A model generated the notes under the pieces. The model was not told the DNA's origin, did not search any database, and saw only the letters and a program-made list of their open reading frames with translations. Shown here one piece after another: positions 38,100 to 50,160 of a DNA stretch of 64,000 nt. The position numbers and the translations under genes were made by a program. Every line of letters begins with the position of its first letter. Position 1 is the stretch's first letter. Source of the DNA: Antechinus flavipes (taxonomy: Eukaryota); the NCBI RefSeq assembly GCF_016432865.1, contig NC_067399.1, positions 476,966,001 to 477,030,000 on the forward strand, given 5' to 3'.

Positions 38100-40450
38100 G
38101 TTCTATCACACTTTCAAACCTTCAAATACTTTCAAATGCTTAAAAATTGTTTTGACATACATACCTCCAAACTTTCATTTCTCCAGATTAAACATCCCCA
38201 ATTCTTTCCATTGATAAATTGTCTTCGGGACCATTTGCTCATTAGCTTATCAACATCTTTCCTAAAATGTGGCATCTAGAACCAAATACTGAGTCTCTAG
38301 ATGTACTCTGACCGGACTAGAATTCAGCCAAACTGTTACCTGTCTCATTCTGGACATTATGCATCCCTCAGTGAAACTTTTTTGGTTGGAATATCATGCC
38401 ATTGACTCATGGAGTTTGTAGTCCAAATATCCTCCACCAGATATTTTTCAGAAGAATTGCTACCTAGCCACACCTCCCCCATCCTGTGAAGCTGATTATT
38501 TTTGAAACCAATATGAAATTCCATCTTGAAAAACAACAGGGAGTAGAGAATAGAGAGCTGGCCTTGGAATTAGAATGACTTGAATTCAAGGCTCACCTTT
38601 GACTCATACTGGCTATGTGATGCTGGCCAAGTGACAACATGTACATGCTCAGAACAGTTCTCTAAGACCACAAATTGCAAAGATGGTATCTGTCTGCATT
38701 TAGAAAAAGTTCCTCTCTGGAAACCCCTATAACAATGTAATCTCAGGTCAGGTACTAAGATGAGGAGGAGGAGGAGGAAGAGAAGGAGGAGAAGAATGAC
38801 AATAAATTTGGACAGAATTTTAATCTATCAGGATCCTTTTGAATTTTGACTATGATCTAGTTTGTAAATTATCTTTTCTAGCTTTGTGTTTTCTTCATAT
38901 TTGATAAGCATAAGCATGATATCTTTGTCTTTATCCAAGTTAGTGATAAAAAATATTTTACAATTCAGGCTCAGAAACATATTTCTGAAGATTTCCACTG
39001 GAGACCTCCTTCCAAATAAACATTGAACCTGCTCCGGGTCTGGTGATTCCACTAGCTCCAAATCTAATTATATTATTTCATAGTCCACATCACTTCATCT
39101 TTTACATAAAAATACCATAAAAGTTTTGCTGTCAAATACAGGTAAACTCTGTCTATAATATCCCTATGGTCCACTAGTATAATAATTCTATCAAAAAAGA
39201 GAAATTAGATTAGTCTGGCACAGCCTCTTTTTGATGGAAAGCATGGTTCTTATTAGGACTTCTTTTTCTAAATGTTCACTAAGTATTCTTTTAATAATAG
39301 ATTCTAGAATTTAAAAATAAACTAGAATGAAGTTAAGTTCACCCACCAGGAATTCACAAATTCCACTTTTAAAAAAATTAGGCTATTTTTCCTTCTCTAA
39401 TCATGTACTATCTCTCTTGCCTTCTATAATCTCTCACAATTTACTGGCAGTAGCTCAGCAATCCTAACTGCCATTTCTTCTTGGATTCCTAAAGTATAGC
39501 TCATTTGAGTCAGATGACTTTACCTAAATATGACAGATTTTTTTTTACTATACCATATAATGTCAAGAATATTCTTTTGAATATTTTCCTTATTGTTTTC
39601 TTCCTTTCCAAAATTTTTTCTTCTTGGAAGACATAAAAGAAACAAAATGAGAAATGAGTAATCATGCTACATTTATCACCATTAGTTACTATCATATCTT
39701 TTTTTCCCCAAGTAGCTCAAGTGAGCAGGTTCAATGTTTTTTGGGAAGGAAGTCTCCAGTGGAATTTCTCAGAAATCTGTTGTAGCCCTAAGCTGTTAAA
39801 CATATTTATCACTAATTTGGATAAAGACAAAGATATCATGCTTATCAAATATGAATGTTCTTGGTTTTAATTTTTCCCTAGTAGAATTTTTTTTAAGTTT
39901 CCCCTTTTATATCCTTATATTCCCTCAATAGTCTTAGCTTTTATTCAGCAGTAAGGTTCCTGCCACTGTTGTTATGGGACCATCCTGCCTTTTGACATCT
40001 TTCTTCTGTTGATCATTCCTACTTCAATCTTCTGTATGTCTTTTCAAAATCTTAGTTGGTGAGTTTCCTATGCATCCACATCTATCACTCTAGAAAACTC
40101 ATTTTTTTCCTTCATCAAAATTCTTTCTTTTTGTGTCTTCAGATCTTTCACTCTGGGACTGACCACCAGAATTTATTCTACAAGATCCTACTTATCTTTT
40201 TTTCTGAACCCTTTGAAATCGTTCTTCGAAGATCTAGAATTCCTCCTTCCTTTCCTCTATCATAAATGTTGAGGTAGAGTTCTGACTTCCCTCCCTACCC
40301 TCTTAATTCCCATCATTTCTACTTCCACAACCAATTTCTCCTTATGGATGAGAATCAGATCATACTCTTGTTGATTACTGTACTCTATTCTGTGTCCACG
40401 TTCCTCATTCTATCCTAACCTTCAGCAGAAAGTTCAGGTTGCCCTCAGGC
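38100..40450 (-). mobile_element. L3/CR1 LINE remnant (RT region) with a MIR insertion at 38540-38760
   Basis: Minus strand gives degenerate QTNLISFFD and (N)IFITNLDKDKDIMLIKYEENTKL, matching CR1 RT motifs (NIFINDLD...LIKFADDTKL). Confidence 0.75.
38894..39855. repeat. Inverted duplication within L3, arms 38894-39033 and 39724-39855
   Basis: ttggataaagacaaagatatcatgcttat is identical in both arms; the rest is recognisably aligned. Confidence 0.85.
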
Positions 40451-40539
40451 TTTTTGCATTTAGAATGTATTGTATGTTTGGGGAGGAAAGCTAATTGGAA
40501 TTTTAGACTTAATAATGCTTGGAAAAAGAAGTAATGTAG

Positions 40540-40800
40540 GAGTAAAGGGTCTTATTCTCTGCTCTTATGACTCCATCAGTTGGGCCATTTCTTCCTTCGC
40601 TACTTTCTTTAGTGACACACTGGATAGAATGTTGGACTTGGATTTGGAAAGACCTGAGTTCAAATTCTGGTGTATATCTCAATTTCTTCATCAGTAAAAT
40701 GGGGGTGATAACAGCACCTACCTTATAGAATGTTATGTGAAGATCAAATGAGACAACGTATGCAAGTTTTTTGTCCTCCTTAAAGTGATGTATAAATGCT
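40540..40800 (+). mobile_element. MIR/Ther SINE
   Basis: ctggatagaatgttggacttgg...acctgagttcaaattc...gtaaaatgggggtgataacagcacctacc. Confidence 0.7.
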
Positions 40801-41169
40801 GTTGCTGTGGTGGTGGTTGTTTCAGTAGGAGGAGGGCTAAGGCTATTAAAAGACAATTTGTGACTCTGTGCTCTGTAGAGGCAGGCTGACCTGCTACAGG
40901 GGCTCTGGCCCATAAGTAGGACTGAAGTGATGCTTCTGAAAATCCCAGTTTCCCAAGGCCACGTTCTGTCCCAGGCAGTCTCACAGCACTGCCAGAACAG
41001 TTAATAGTCTCAGCACCTGGATGAGGATCCCAGCATGGTCCCTCCTCTTCTCTCTATTTTACTTCCTAGCTCTGGTGAATAAATTAATCCCCTAATACAT
41101 AATTAACTGGAAGTTGAAAGGTGAAGTCTAACTTAACCAATTTACTGTTCTGGAGCCAGTTTAGTTTGG

Positions 41170-41700
41170 ATCATGTGATTTTAATTCTTTCTGTGTGACC
41201 AGGTGACGGAGGAGGGGGAAAGAGGGGAAAAAGGAAAATGCACAGATTAATTTCATTCCTTAACCTTCCTAATGCATCTGCTTGCTTGCATCGGGCTGCA
41301 CACAGCAGATCATCACATGATTTATGGTACTGACCGCTGCCTGCATCTCTCAGGCTAATGACACATACACTAAAGTCATTGATTTGTATGAGTAGCCTCC
41401 ACTCTTCATTTATCACAATTTAATGTAAGAGTTTGCAATGCAGAAAAAAAAAATTTCACATGGGGAACATGGGCCCACAGGCCTTGCTGCTAACCAGTTA
41501 TGAATCATTTGCTGCCTTTTAATATATAGACTGTTCTATTCTGGAAAATGCCCTATAAGGTCATATTCCTCCCTGGAACATCATGACAATTAAAGCCCCC
41601 AAAGTAGCTATTTGAAGATGCATATGGAGTGTGACCCCCTCGCACCTTGGTTAGCTCACTCCCTCTTGTAATGCACACTATTGATTTGCTTCTGAACTCT
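41170..41700. promoter_or_regulatory. Candidate conserved non-coding or enhancer island
   Basis: Repeat-free; retained CpGs; TGATTTATGG (PBX-HOX) at 41318-41327; multiple TAAT/ATTA motifs. Confidence 0.3.
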
Positions 41701-43134
41701 CTGGGACCCTTCATAAACTGCAGCCTGTGTTCCTGAGGGCTAGAGGGGCAGCCTTAGAATTTTCCAGGAAAGGCACAGCTGTGGCCCTATAAACTATATG
41801 GAGGGGATTAGCAGAGGACAAGGAGTAAAAGAGAGTAGTGGGTACAATTAGAGAAGCAGGACTCTTCTCTTAGGATCAAAAATCAAGGACTTAGTGCCAG
41901 AAGGGAATTTAGAGGTCATTTAGTCCAAATTTCTCATTTTACAGATGAGTAAACTGAGTCTCAACTTTGAATGACTTGCCCAAGGTCACACAAATGGAAA
42001 GTGGCAAAGACTGTAATACTGGAGAAAGGGCAATGGGTTTAGAGTCAAAAGGTCCTGGATATTTGATTATAAATAAAATTAATTTGAGGCAATTAATCCC
42101 TTAATCTCATTAAACCTGTTTCCTTACCTATAAGGTAAAGGGATTAGGAGATGAGGAAATTTAGTGGACTGAAGGGGGTAACTTAGAGCACAGGTTCTCA
42201 TCAATCATTCCACAGAAACTTTTAAAAATGTCACAAATAAAGCAGTGAAACAGAAAAGGAATATGGAAAGAAGTTGCCAAAAAGGTAACTCTTAAAATGA
42301 AAAAAATATATATGAAGACCATCTCATCAACCTATCATTCTTTGTACTCCTGTCCTCTAATTTATGGAAAGTTGCCTTCTATTCCTTAAAACAGCTTCAG
42401 TTTTAGGCGTCTAGTTTTGAAATGAGTCACTCTCAAGTCAAGTCAAAACATTATTGGTGCTTGAGAGGAAGGAAAGGAAATGGTCAAAGAGAATTATAGA
42501 AGAGTATGTCAGATGTATAGAACTGGTTGCAACAACTCAGCACTATTCAGGAGAAATAGGAACCAGAAAGGTTTGAGACCCAAAAAAAAAAAAATCAAAC
42601 AAAAAACAAGAAACAATATATTTGTAACTAGTTCCCAGTGATAAGCTTAAGGATGCGAGTCATTTGTAGAAAAGAAGGTGGAACATAAAAGAGTAATACG
42701 GAGAAAGATGGAAAATAGTTGAATTACAGTGTCTTTTCCCAATGTCCTGGAGTATTCCATAAGGCCCACTGTCTTTGAGAGACACCAATGTCATTCAACA
42801 TAATATTTGAGGAGAATAGAAAACAGTCAGCAGAGATTGAAGGAGGCTTCAAAAGTCCTGGTTCCATTCAAGAGAAAATATTGAAGGCAACTATAATTTT
42901 TACAGCATAGAAAAATCTGCAGAGACTGAGAAAGACAGCTAAAAGATGACCAAGAAGGCAAAATTATTAAAGTCCCACAAGTGTTATCTCAGTGGATAAG
43001 TATTCCATAGTAAAAGAGATTCAGCCAAAACTAGAGGAAGGTGAAAGAATTACCAAAAAAATCTGTAAGACTCCAGAAATGGCAATGGAACAACCACAAG
43101 AATGGATCAGAGAAACCCTATCTTTCCCCCACTC

Positions 43135-43535
43135 CCTCAAACTTCGATGGTGAGCAATCCAACATATGTTAAATATGTGCAATTCTTCTATACATATTTT
43201 CACAATTTTCATGCTGCACAGGATCAAAATCAGATCAAAAAAGAAAAAATAAGAAAAAAATCAAAAAGCAAGCAAACAACAACAAAAAAGTGAAAATATT
43301 ATGTTGCGATCTACACTCAGTCCTTATAGTCTTCTCTCTGGATGCAGATGGCTCTCTCCATCACAAGTTCATTGGAACTGACCTGAATCATTGTTGATTG
43401 ATCATCACATAATCTTGTTGTTGCTATGTACAATGTTCTCTTGGTTCTATTCACTTCACTTAGCATCAGTCCATGTAAATCTCTTCAGGCCTCTCTGAAA
43501 TCATCCTGTTCATCATCTCTTATACCACAATAATC
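43135..43535 (-). mobile_element. Younger L1 3' UTR
   Basis: ttctctctggatgcagatggctctctcc...cacttagcatcagtccatgtaaatct...ctgaaatcatcctg. Confidence 0.85.
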
Positions 43536-43914
43536 ATGAAAGGCTATCAAAAGGAACATGTAGTAAGAAAAAAAAGAAGAGGAACAGGATTGGTTTCCCA
43601 AGAAATAGGTTACAAAGTACAATCTACTGCCCTCATCACGAATGAACATTCTAGCAAATAGATTCTAGGATACCTTCAAGAAAATAAATAAAAAAGGAGC
43701 AAAATATGAAATAATTCTTAAAAGGAGTGGTACAAATTTATATCACTAAAATTAAAAGGACAGAGGAGATGCGGGGGGGGGTAGGAAAGGTTTGATCTCA
43801 ACTGAGAAAGAGGAGAAAATTAGAATGAGTTGGACAAAGACAGAGATCAAGAGATTGGGAAGGGTAATGGCAATGAAGGGAAGTTTCATGGGAATGGAGG
43901 TCATGAGAAGGGAA

Positions 43915-44140
43915 CAAGTATTTATTAAACAACTACTTTATGTAAGGTAGTGCTTTATAAATATCTCATTTTATCTTTACAAAAAAACTGTAAAATAGAT
44001 GTTATTGTCATCATTTTATAATTGAGAAAACTGAGGTTAAGTGACTTACCTAGGGTCACACAGCTTAGTAAGTGTCTAAGAGTCACATTTGACTCCAGGA
44101 CTTTTTGACTTCCTCTATAACTTGTAATACCTATCTGCCT
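43915..44140 (-). mobile_element. MIR/Ther SINE nested in old L1
   Basis: gaaaactgaggttaagtgacttacctagggtcacacagcttagtaagtgtct. Confidence 0.75.
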
Positions 44141-45044
44141 CCTTCTGTCAGAAAATCAGAATCTGATATACACAAAATGACTGTGAGAGATGAAATACTA
44201 ACTCAAAAGAGAAGAATAAACACACCTTTCTAGGTATGTATATACCTATATATGTATAGATTTATATATTATTTAATGGGAAAAACCAATAACTTAACAT
44301 TTCCCCTTAAAAGAGAATGAATTAACACCACCCCCTCAAATTTTTGTATGTAAGAAACACTTTTCAGAAATATAGATTCTAGATTAAAAACTGGACCTGC
44401 CATTTCATTGATGTCGCTTCTTCCACCAGTATAGGTTAGTATTCTCTGTTCCAGCTGCCTAGAACACTGAGAGTTTAAGTGATTTGCCTAGTTTCACACA
44501 ATGTATATGTGTCAGAGATGGGATTTAATCCTATGCCTCTCTGGCTTTGAGACCAATTCTCTATGCATTATGACATACTGCCTCTATAGACATAGACAGA
44601 ATGTAAATAATGAGTTGGACAAATCTATTTGCTTCTAAAAAGAAAAAAAAAGGAGTGGTAATAATGATTTCAAAAAAGGAAATAATATATTTTTAAAAAT
44701 TACAATGTCAAGAGAGATAAATGAAAATATGGTGTTTACGGACAACATGTACAATGAAAGGACAACTTAATTAAAATATGTGCCAAATTATATGGATAAT
44801 AATAATAATAAAATATTTAAAAAGGTAAGTGAATTGCCAAAAGATGTTGGAGGTAAGAGATGTTAATATTATTAATATGTTAATAATATAATAATGTTAA
44901 TATTCCTTTCTCAGAGGTGGATATATTCAACATAAAGAAAATGAAGAAAACTATACAGCTGAAGACACTGTTTGAAAATATAGATGTGGGTGATCTTTGT
45001 GGGATAGGAACAGTAAATAACACACATGTTTTTAAGATCTTTTC

Positions 45045-45290
45045 TTAGTTTCAGTCAACATGCATTTATTAAATAATGACTATATGCTAAGCAATGCACT
45101 AAGTGCCCACAACACAAAGAAAGGCAAAAACAAAACAAAACCAAAGTGTAGTTCCCGCTCTCAAGTTCACAGTCTAATGAGGAGATAACAATATAACAAA
45201 TTTTGTATAAATAAGACATATACAGGATAAATTGGAGATAGTCAAATTTCCCTTAATGCTAGAGCTTTCCCTCTGGTGATTATTTCTAGT
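45045..45290 (-). mobile_element. L2 3' end nested in old L1
   Basis: tcagtcaacatgcatttattaa...tatgctaagcaatgcactaagtgc...gctctcaagttcacagtctaatg. Confidence 0.7.
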
Positions 45291-46842
45291 TTATCCTGTA
45301 TATAAGAAAAAGGGGAAAGTGACATGATTAGACCTGAACTTTAAGAAGATTTTATAATATTACAAAAAATGATCACATACTAGGGGATAAAGAATTTTTA
45401 AACAAATGTAGAAAAGAAGAAACAATTCTTTGCAGGCCCTTTTTTTTTTTTTTTTTTTTTTTTTGGTCTAGATCTATAGATTTTCTGATGTGGGGGCATT
45501 TTAATGAGGAAACTTCTTTAATCAATGCAAATCTATATTTCTTTTGCAAATTAGATTTAATTAATAAGGGAAATAAAAATTACATACACCTAAGTGGAGA
45601 TTAGATAATTATGCACTGAAAGGATGAAAAAAATAGATGTAGAAAATCATAGTAAAAGTAAACCATTGATTTGATGAGTAATTATGATAAAGGCAATGAT
45701 AAAATGAAGATAATATGCCAAAAGTTAGAGGTTTTATCTTGGAAAATAATTCTCAGAGGAAAATTTACATATCTGAAAACATATTAGGAAAATTGAAAAA
45801 ATAACAGTATCAGTGAATTTATCATGCATTTCAAATATTAGAAAATAAATATTTTAGTAATTTCAAAAAAGTCTGAAAGAGGAAATCCTAAAAATTAGGG
45901 AAATAGAGAAATTGACTATAAAAAATAAAGTCATAAAACAAAACTGATAAACAAAACAAAGAATTAAATAATTTTAAAGACTAACAAAATTGATAAGCTA
46001 CAAGATGGCACAATGAGAACAAGAGGAAAAATCAAATTACCAAATAATAATAACCATAATAAGAGAATGGTTTGAATTTACAATAGAATAAAAAGAATTA
46101 TCATAAACTATAAACAATCATATCCCAGCAAAAAATGAGAATTCAAAAAAGTAGATGAATATCTCTACAAATAAAAAATACCTAAACTAATTTAAAAAAA
46201 AACTTTAAAATCTTAAATAACCCAAGCTATCCACAAAGTAGAATTATTATTAACAAAATAGAAAAGGAATGAAATCCTGGGTCATGTCAATTTATAAATG
46301 GTCTACTCTTATAAAGAACAATCGATAACTATATTACAGAAATTAGTATCACAAAATGGAACAAATACATTTAACAAAGCAAAAAAAAAATGGCCTAAAT
46401 ACTCAAAATACAGTTACAAGACAAATAAAAAGATCGTTTTTATCAATAAATGTTTTTATCAAAAATGTAATAATTTTTAAAATTCTCTTATAAGGAAAAC
46501 AGTAACATATCCAGAAAATAATTTAATATGATTAAGATAATGCATGTTAAGGATTTGTATATAATGGGTAAACTAGTGAGTTGGTTAACAAGCTTTTATT
46601 AAATGCTAACTCTGCGTTAGCAACCTTAACATTAGAAAAAAATTAACAATCACATGAAAAGTAAAATGATAAAACATTATTATTGTAAGACTTGCAGATC
46701 AATCCCTTGATGAAAGACACCATTTGCTTTTGTTAACACCCCCTCCAAAAAAAATCAAAACTTTAAAATCATAGGGAATATTTTTAAAGAAAAGGATGGA
46801 CTTCTCTTTAATATGATCAAAAATATATATCTAGAAATCAAC

Positions 46843-47209
46843 TGTAGAGGCCACAGATAGTGGGGGAACTCTGTGTAAGGTATAAGACCCTTCAGCCCAG
46901 AGGAAACCCACTAACAATATCTGGTTTGGCTCCCCATTTCCCTTTGGTATTCTCACCTCCCTTCCTGAGAAGTCAAGGAGGGCATGACCACGTGTGCTCT
47001 ATTGGAAGCAAGGGATACTTATAGCAGGGTGCTTATAGACTTAATGAGTGTAATGATGTAATCATACTGAGGTATTTAAGAGCTGAGAGGACTGGAAATA
47101 AGACACTCCATCTTTGACCATCCTGGTGGCTCTCCTGTCTCCTTCACTCCTCTGCTAAAGACCAAGGCTGGTTCCCAAGATAATCCAGAGAGCTAGTCCA
47201 GACACTACA
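46843..47209 (+). mobile_element. ERV LTR (367 bp, TG...CA), probably ERV2/beta-like
   Basis: Starts tgtagagg and ends cactaca; TATA-like gtatttaag and degenerate AATAAA (aaataaga); interrupts L1 ORF2; followed by a PBS. Confidence 0.85.
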
Positions 47210-47212
47210 TTT

Positions 47213-47230
47213 TGGCGCCTAAACAGGGAC
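47213..47230 (+). promoter_or_regulatory. Primer-binding site complementary to tRNA-Lys3
   Basis: TGGCGCCTAAACAGGGAC vs canonical TGGCGCCCGAACAGGGAC (16/18), 3 nt after the LTR end. Confidence 0.85.
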
Positions 47231-47869
47231 CTCCAAAGGTTACTATAATTAACAACTGATATTACTTGTAATATATAAGCATTAGAAACTTTTACAATAC
47301 AAACAGGACTAAAACAAGAAGTAACATTCTCATTTCTATTTGACAGAGTTTTGTATTCATAGCAATATTAAAATAAAAGGATGAACTTGATGAAAGAGAA
47401 AAATTATCCCTATTTGTAGACAATATGATAGTTATTATAAAACATGAAAAAAGTATGGAAATTAATTAAGAAATTAATTACTTCAGTAAAGTAAAATAAG
47501 CCTACAAAAATCATCATCTTTCTAATAATTGTTAAGAAAAATGAAGAAGAAACAATAAGAGTAATTCTATTCAAAATTAACAATTCATGCAAACCTACAA
47601 GTTGACCTACAAAGATGCAATCTTTATGTGACTATAACACAGAAATAATAACTTGCTTATTGTTTGATGATCCCAATATAATTAAAGTGATGATGCTACC
47701 TAAAGAAATGTACATATTTAGTGATGTGCCAATCAAATTACAAAGAGGATGATTTATATGACTAGACAAACCTGATAAAATTAATTTGGAGGATCAAAGG
47801 GCCTTAAAAAGCTAAATATGAATAATGAGGAAAAAAGTATGAAAGAAGTTGACATAACATCACTTGTCC

Positions 47870-49270
47870 TCATTTTCCATTTTTAAAATTCTGAATTTAA
47901 TAAATATACACTAAAATTAACAAGTACTCATGTATCTCCATGTACACAGTAAGACAGGTTAAAAAAAGAAAGATATGAGAAATTGTGAGGCTGTATTAAA
48001 GGAAAAATTCTTTTTTTCTTTTGATAGAATAAATTCTACATACTTTCAGTTTAAATTTAATATTTTTTTCAGTTAACATACATTATTCTCTACCTACCAT
48101 CTTCCCCCTCCCCCCAAAAAGTAAAGGTGATGAGAGGAGAGGAAAGAAAGGGAGAAGAGAGGAAAGGAGAACATATTACAAATGTCATCAAACACAGCAA
48201 ATTCCTGCTTTAACTATGTGTTTTGTTGTATCAGTATGTTACTTCCAAAGCTGTTCTATTTGCCTTGTGCTTTGTTCTGGTTTTCTTCTGTTCTTTTCTG
48301 CGTATTTAAAAAAATTATTAATTATTAATAGTCATTAAGTCTATGCTTCATTGGTCAAAAAAAGAGTGAGTGAGAGAAAAGAGAAAAGGGGGAGAGATGA
48401 GATGGAGATAAAAAGACAAAGGAAGAGAGGAGGAGAAGAGAGGAAGAAATCAATAAAATTAGGTAAGTAAAGAAAAAAAAGCAATTAAAAATAATAGTCC
48501 AATATTTTGTGAACCAACTAATGAAAATATTAAACAGAAGGACTATTGAAAAAACTGGAAAGCAATTTGGGTCAATATTCTGTATCATATACTAATGCAA
48601 TGTGGATAATCATGACATTACGCTTTATATATATCCTCCCACACTTTAACCCCTCCTATGCTCTAATTCAAGATACTAGTCATTATCACAGTCATTTTTG
48701 AAGGCAAAAGAAAGAAGAAGAAGAATTACCAAAAGACAAAAAAAAAAAAAAAAAAAAAAACCTACATACTGAACTTTTCTTTATAACAGAAGAAAACAAT
48801 CTTAACCAAGTGGTACAGTGATAACATTTGATAATGTATGCAGCATTCTGCCCTAATAGTCCCCCACTTCCTGCCTTGAGAAAGAATCTTTCCTTATCTG
48901 TTTTCTAGGACCACTACCAAATTCATAGTTATTCAGAGTTCAGATTCCTTTTAGTGTGCTTTCATTTATATTGTGGCAATCACAGTATATATATTCTTTT
49001 CTGCCTATTCTATGTTGGTTCACACACATTTTCTTATTTCTCAAATTCATATTTTCTTACTTTACAATAATGTAATAGGTTTTTTCCAACCATCCCTCCA
49101 TAGATGGGCACTAAATTTATAATGCAATTTTTACTACAACCAATAGTGGAGCTATCCATATTCTGTTACATATTAACCTTTGTTTATCTTCTTACTTCTG
49201 TCAAATAATGACCATTTGAAGCACGGATGGCCAAGAGTATTGAGAATAGTCTTTTTTGCATAAATCTAAA
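47870..49270 (-). mobile_element. Old L1 3' fragments, interleaved with low-complexity sequence and a plus-strand L1 remnant
   Basis: Antisense L1 3' UTR-like segments at about 47870-48350 and 48760-49270. Confidence 0.55.
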
Positions 49271-49309
49271 TTCATATCTAGTATGCTTATTTTATTTCAG
49301 AGCCCCCCT

Positions 49310-49610
49310 GTCATTCAGTCAACAATCAGCAATTATTGATGACCTACTGTATTGCAGAATAAGCCCTAGGGATACAAAGAAAGGTAACAACAATAAAAGC
49401 AAAAATAATTCCTGCTCTCAAAGAGTTCTAAGTTTAATGGGAAAAGCAACATAATAAGCAATAACATACAGGATAAATTGAGGATGATCTCAGAGGAAAG
49501 GCATGAAGATTAAGGAAGACTCGAGAAAGGTTTATTGTATGAAGAAGATGGAGCTTTAGTTGAGATTTGAAGGAAGCCAGGAGGAGTCAGAGAGTTCCAA
49601 GCAGGAGGAC
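49310..49610 (-). mobile_element. L2 3' fragment
   Basis: cattcagtcaacaatcagc...ccctagggatacaaagaaagg...cctgctctcaaagag. Confidence 0.7.
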
Positions 49611-49939
49611 TAGTCAGATTGTTGTCATTGCCATTGCCTTCATCATTGTCATATTTAGATCTGGATATTACAAAGAAGACAATTTATATGACTAGACAAA
49701 CCTGATAAATTCATTTGGAGGATCAAAGGGCCTTAGACAGAATCTAAGAGATTATCAAGTTAAACCTACTTATTTTCTTGGAAAGGAATCTAAGACATAA
49801 TAAATAGTAGTGTTTTGCCAAAAATTACTCAGGTAAAAAGTATCAGATATGGGATGCCAGTTTGTCTCCTCACAAGGGAGGGAAATTATTTGGCTTGACT
49901 ATCAAATAATAACTTTCATTTATAAAGTGTTTTTAAGAT

Positions 49940-50160
49940 TTACAAATTTTTTTATAGTCATTATTTCATCTTACCCTCACAAGAGTCCTGGAAAGTAGGT
50001 GTCATTTTTGTCCCCATTTTACAGTTGAGGAAATTGAGTCAGACAGAAGTTAAGTAATTTGTTCAGGGTCATACCCCTGGCAAGTGTCTGAAGCCAGATT
50101 TAAATACAGGTTTTTCTAATTCCATACTCACTATTTTATCCATCGCACAACCTAGATTAT
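49940..50160 (-). mobile_element. MIR/Ther1 SINE
   Basis: ccccattttacagttgaggaaattgagtcagacagaagttaagtaatttgttcagggtcatac. Confidence 0.8.

Larger units (their letters stand above)
42150..48600 (+). mobile_element. Very old fragmented L1 (ORF1 and ORF2 remnants) with nested insertions
   Basis: Degenerate ORF2 motifs NMIKNIYL (46811), LETFTIQTGLKQ (47283) and a PIKL...FIW-like segment (47728); A-rich strand bias. Confidence 0.65.
47738..49735 (+). repeat. About 69-bp direct dispersed duplication, 47738-47806 and 49668-49735
   Basis: atttatatgactagacaaacctgataaa and atttggaggatcaaagggcctta are identical in both copies. Confidence 0.9.

Noticed and set aside
41625-41636. TGGAGTGTGAC, matching the miR-122 5' end
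   Set aside because: Only 11 nt match and there is no hairpin.
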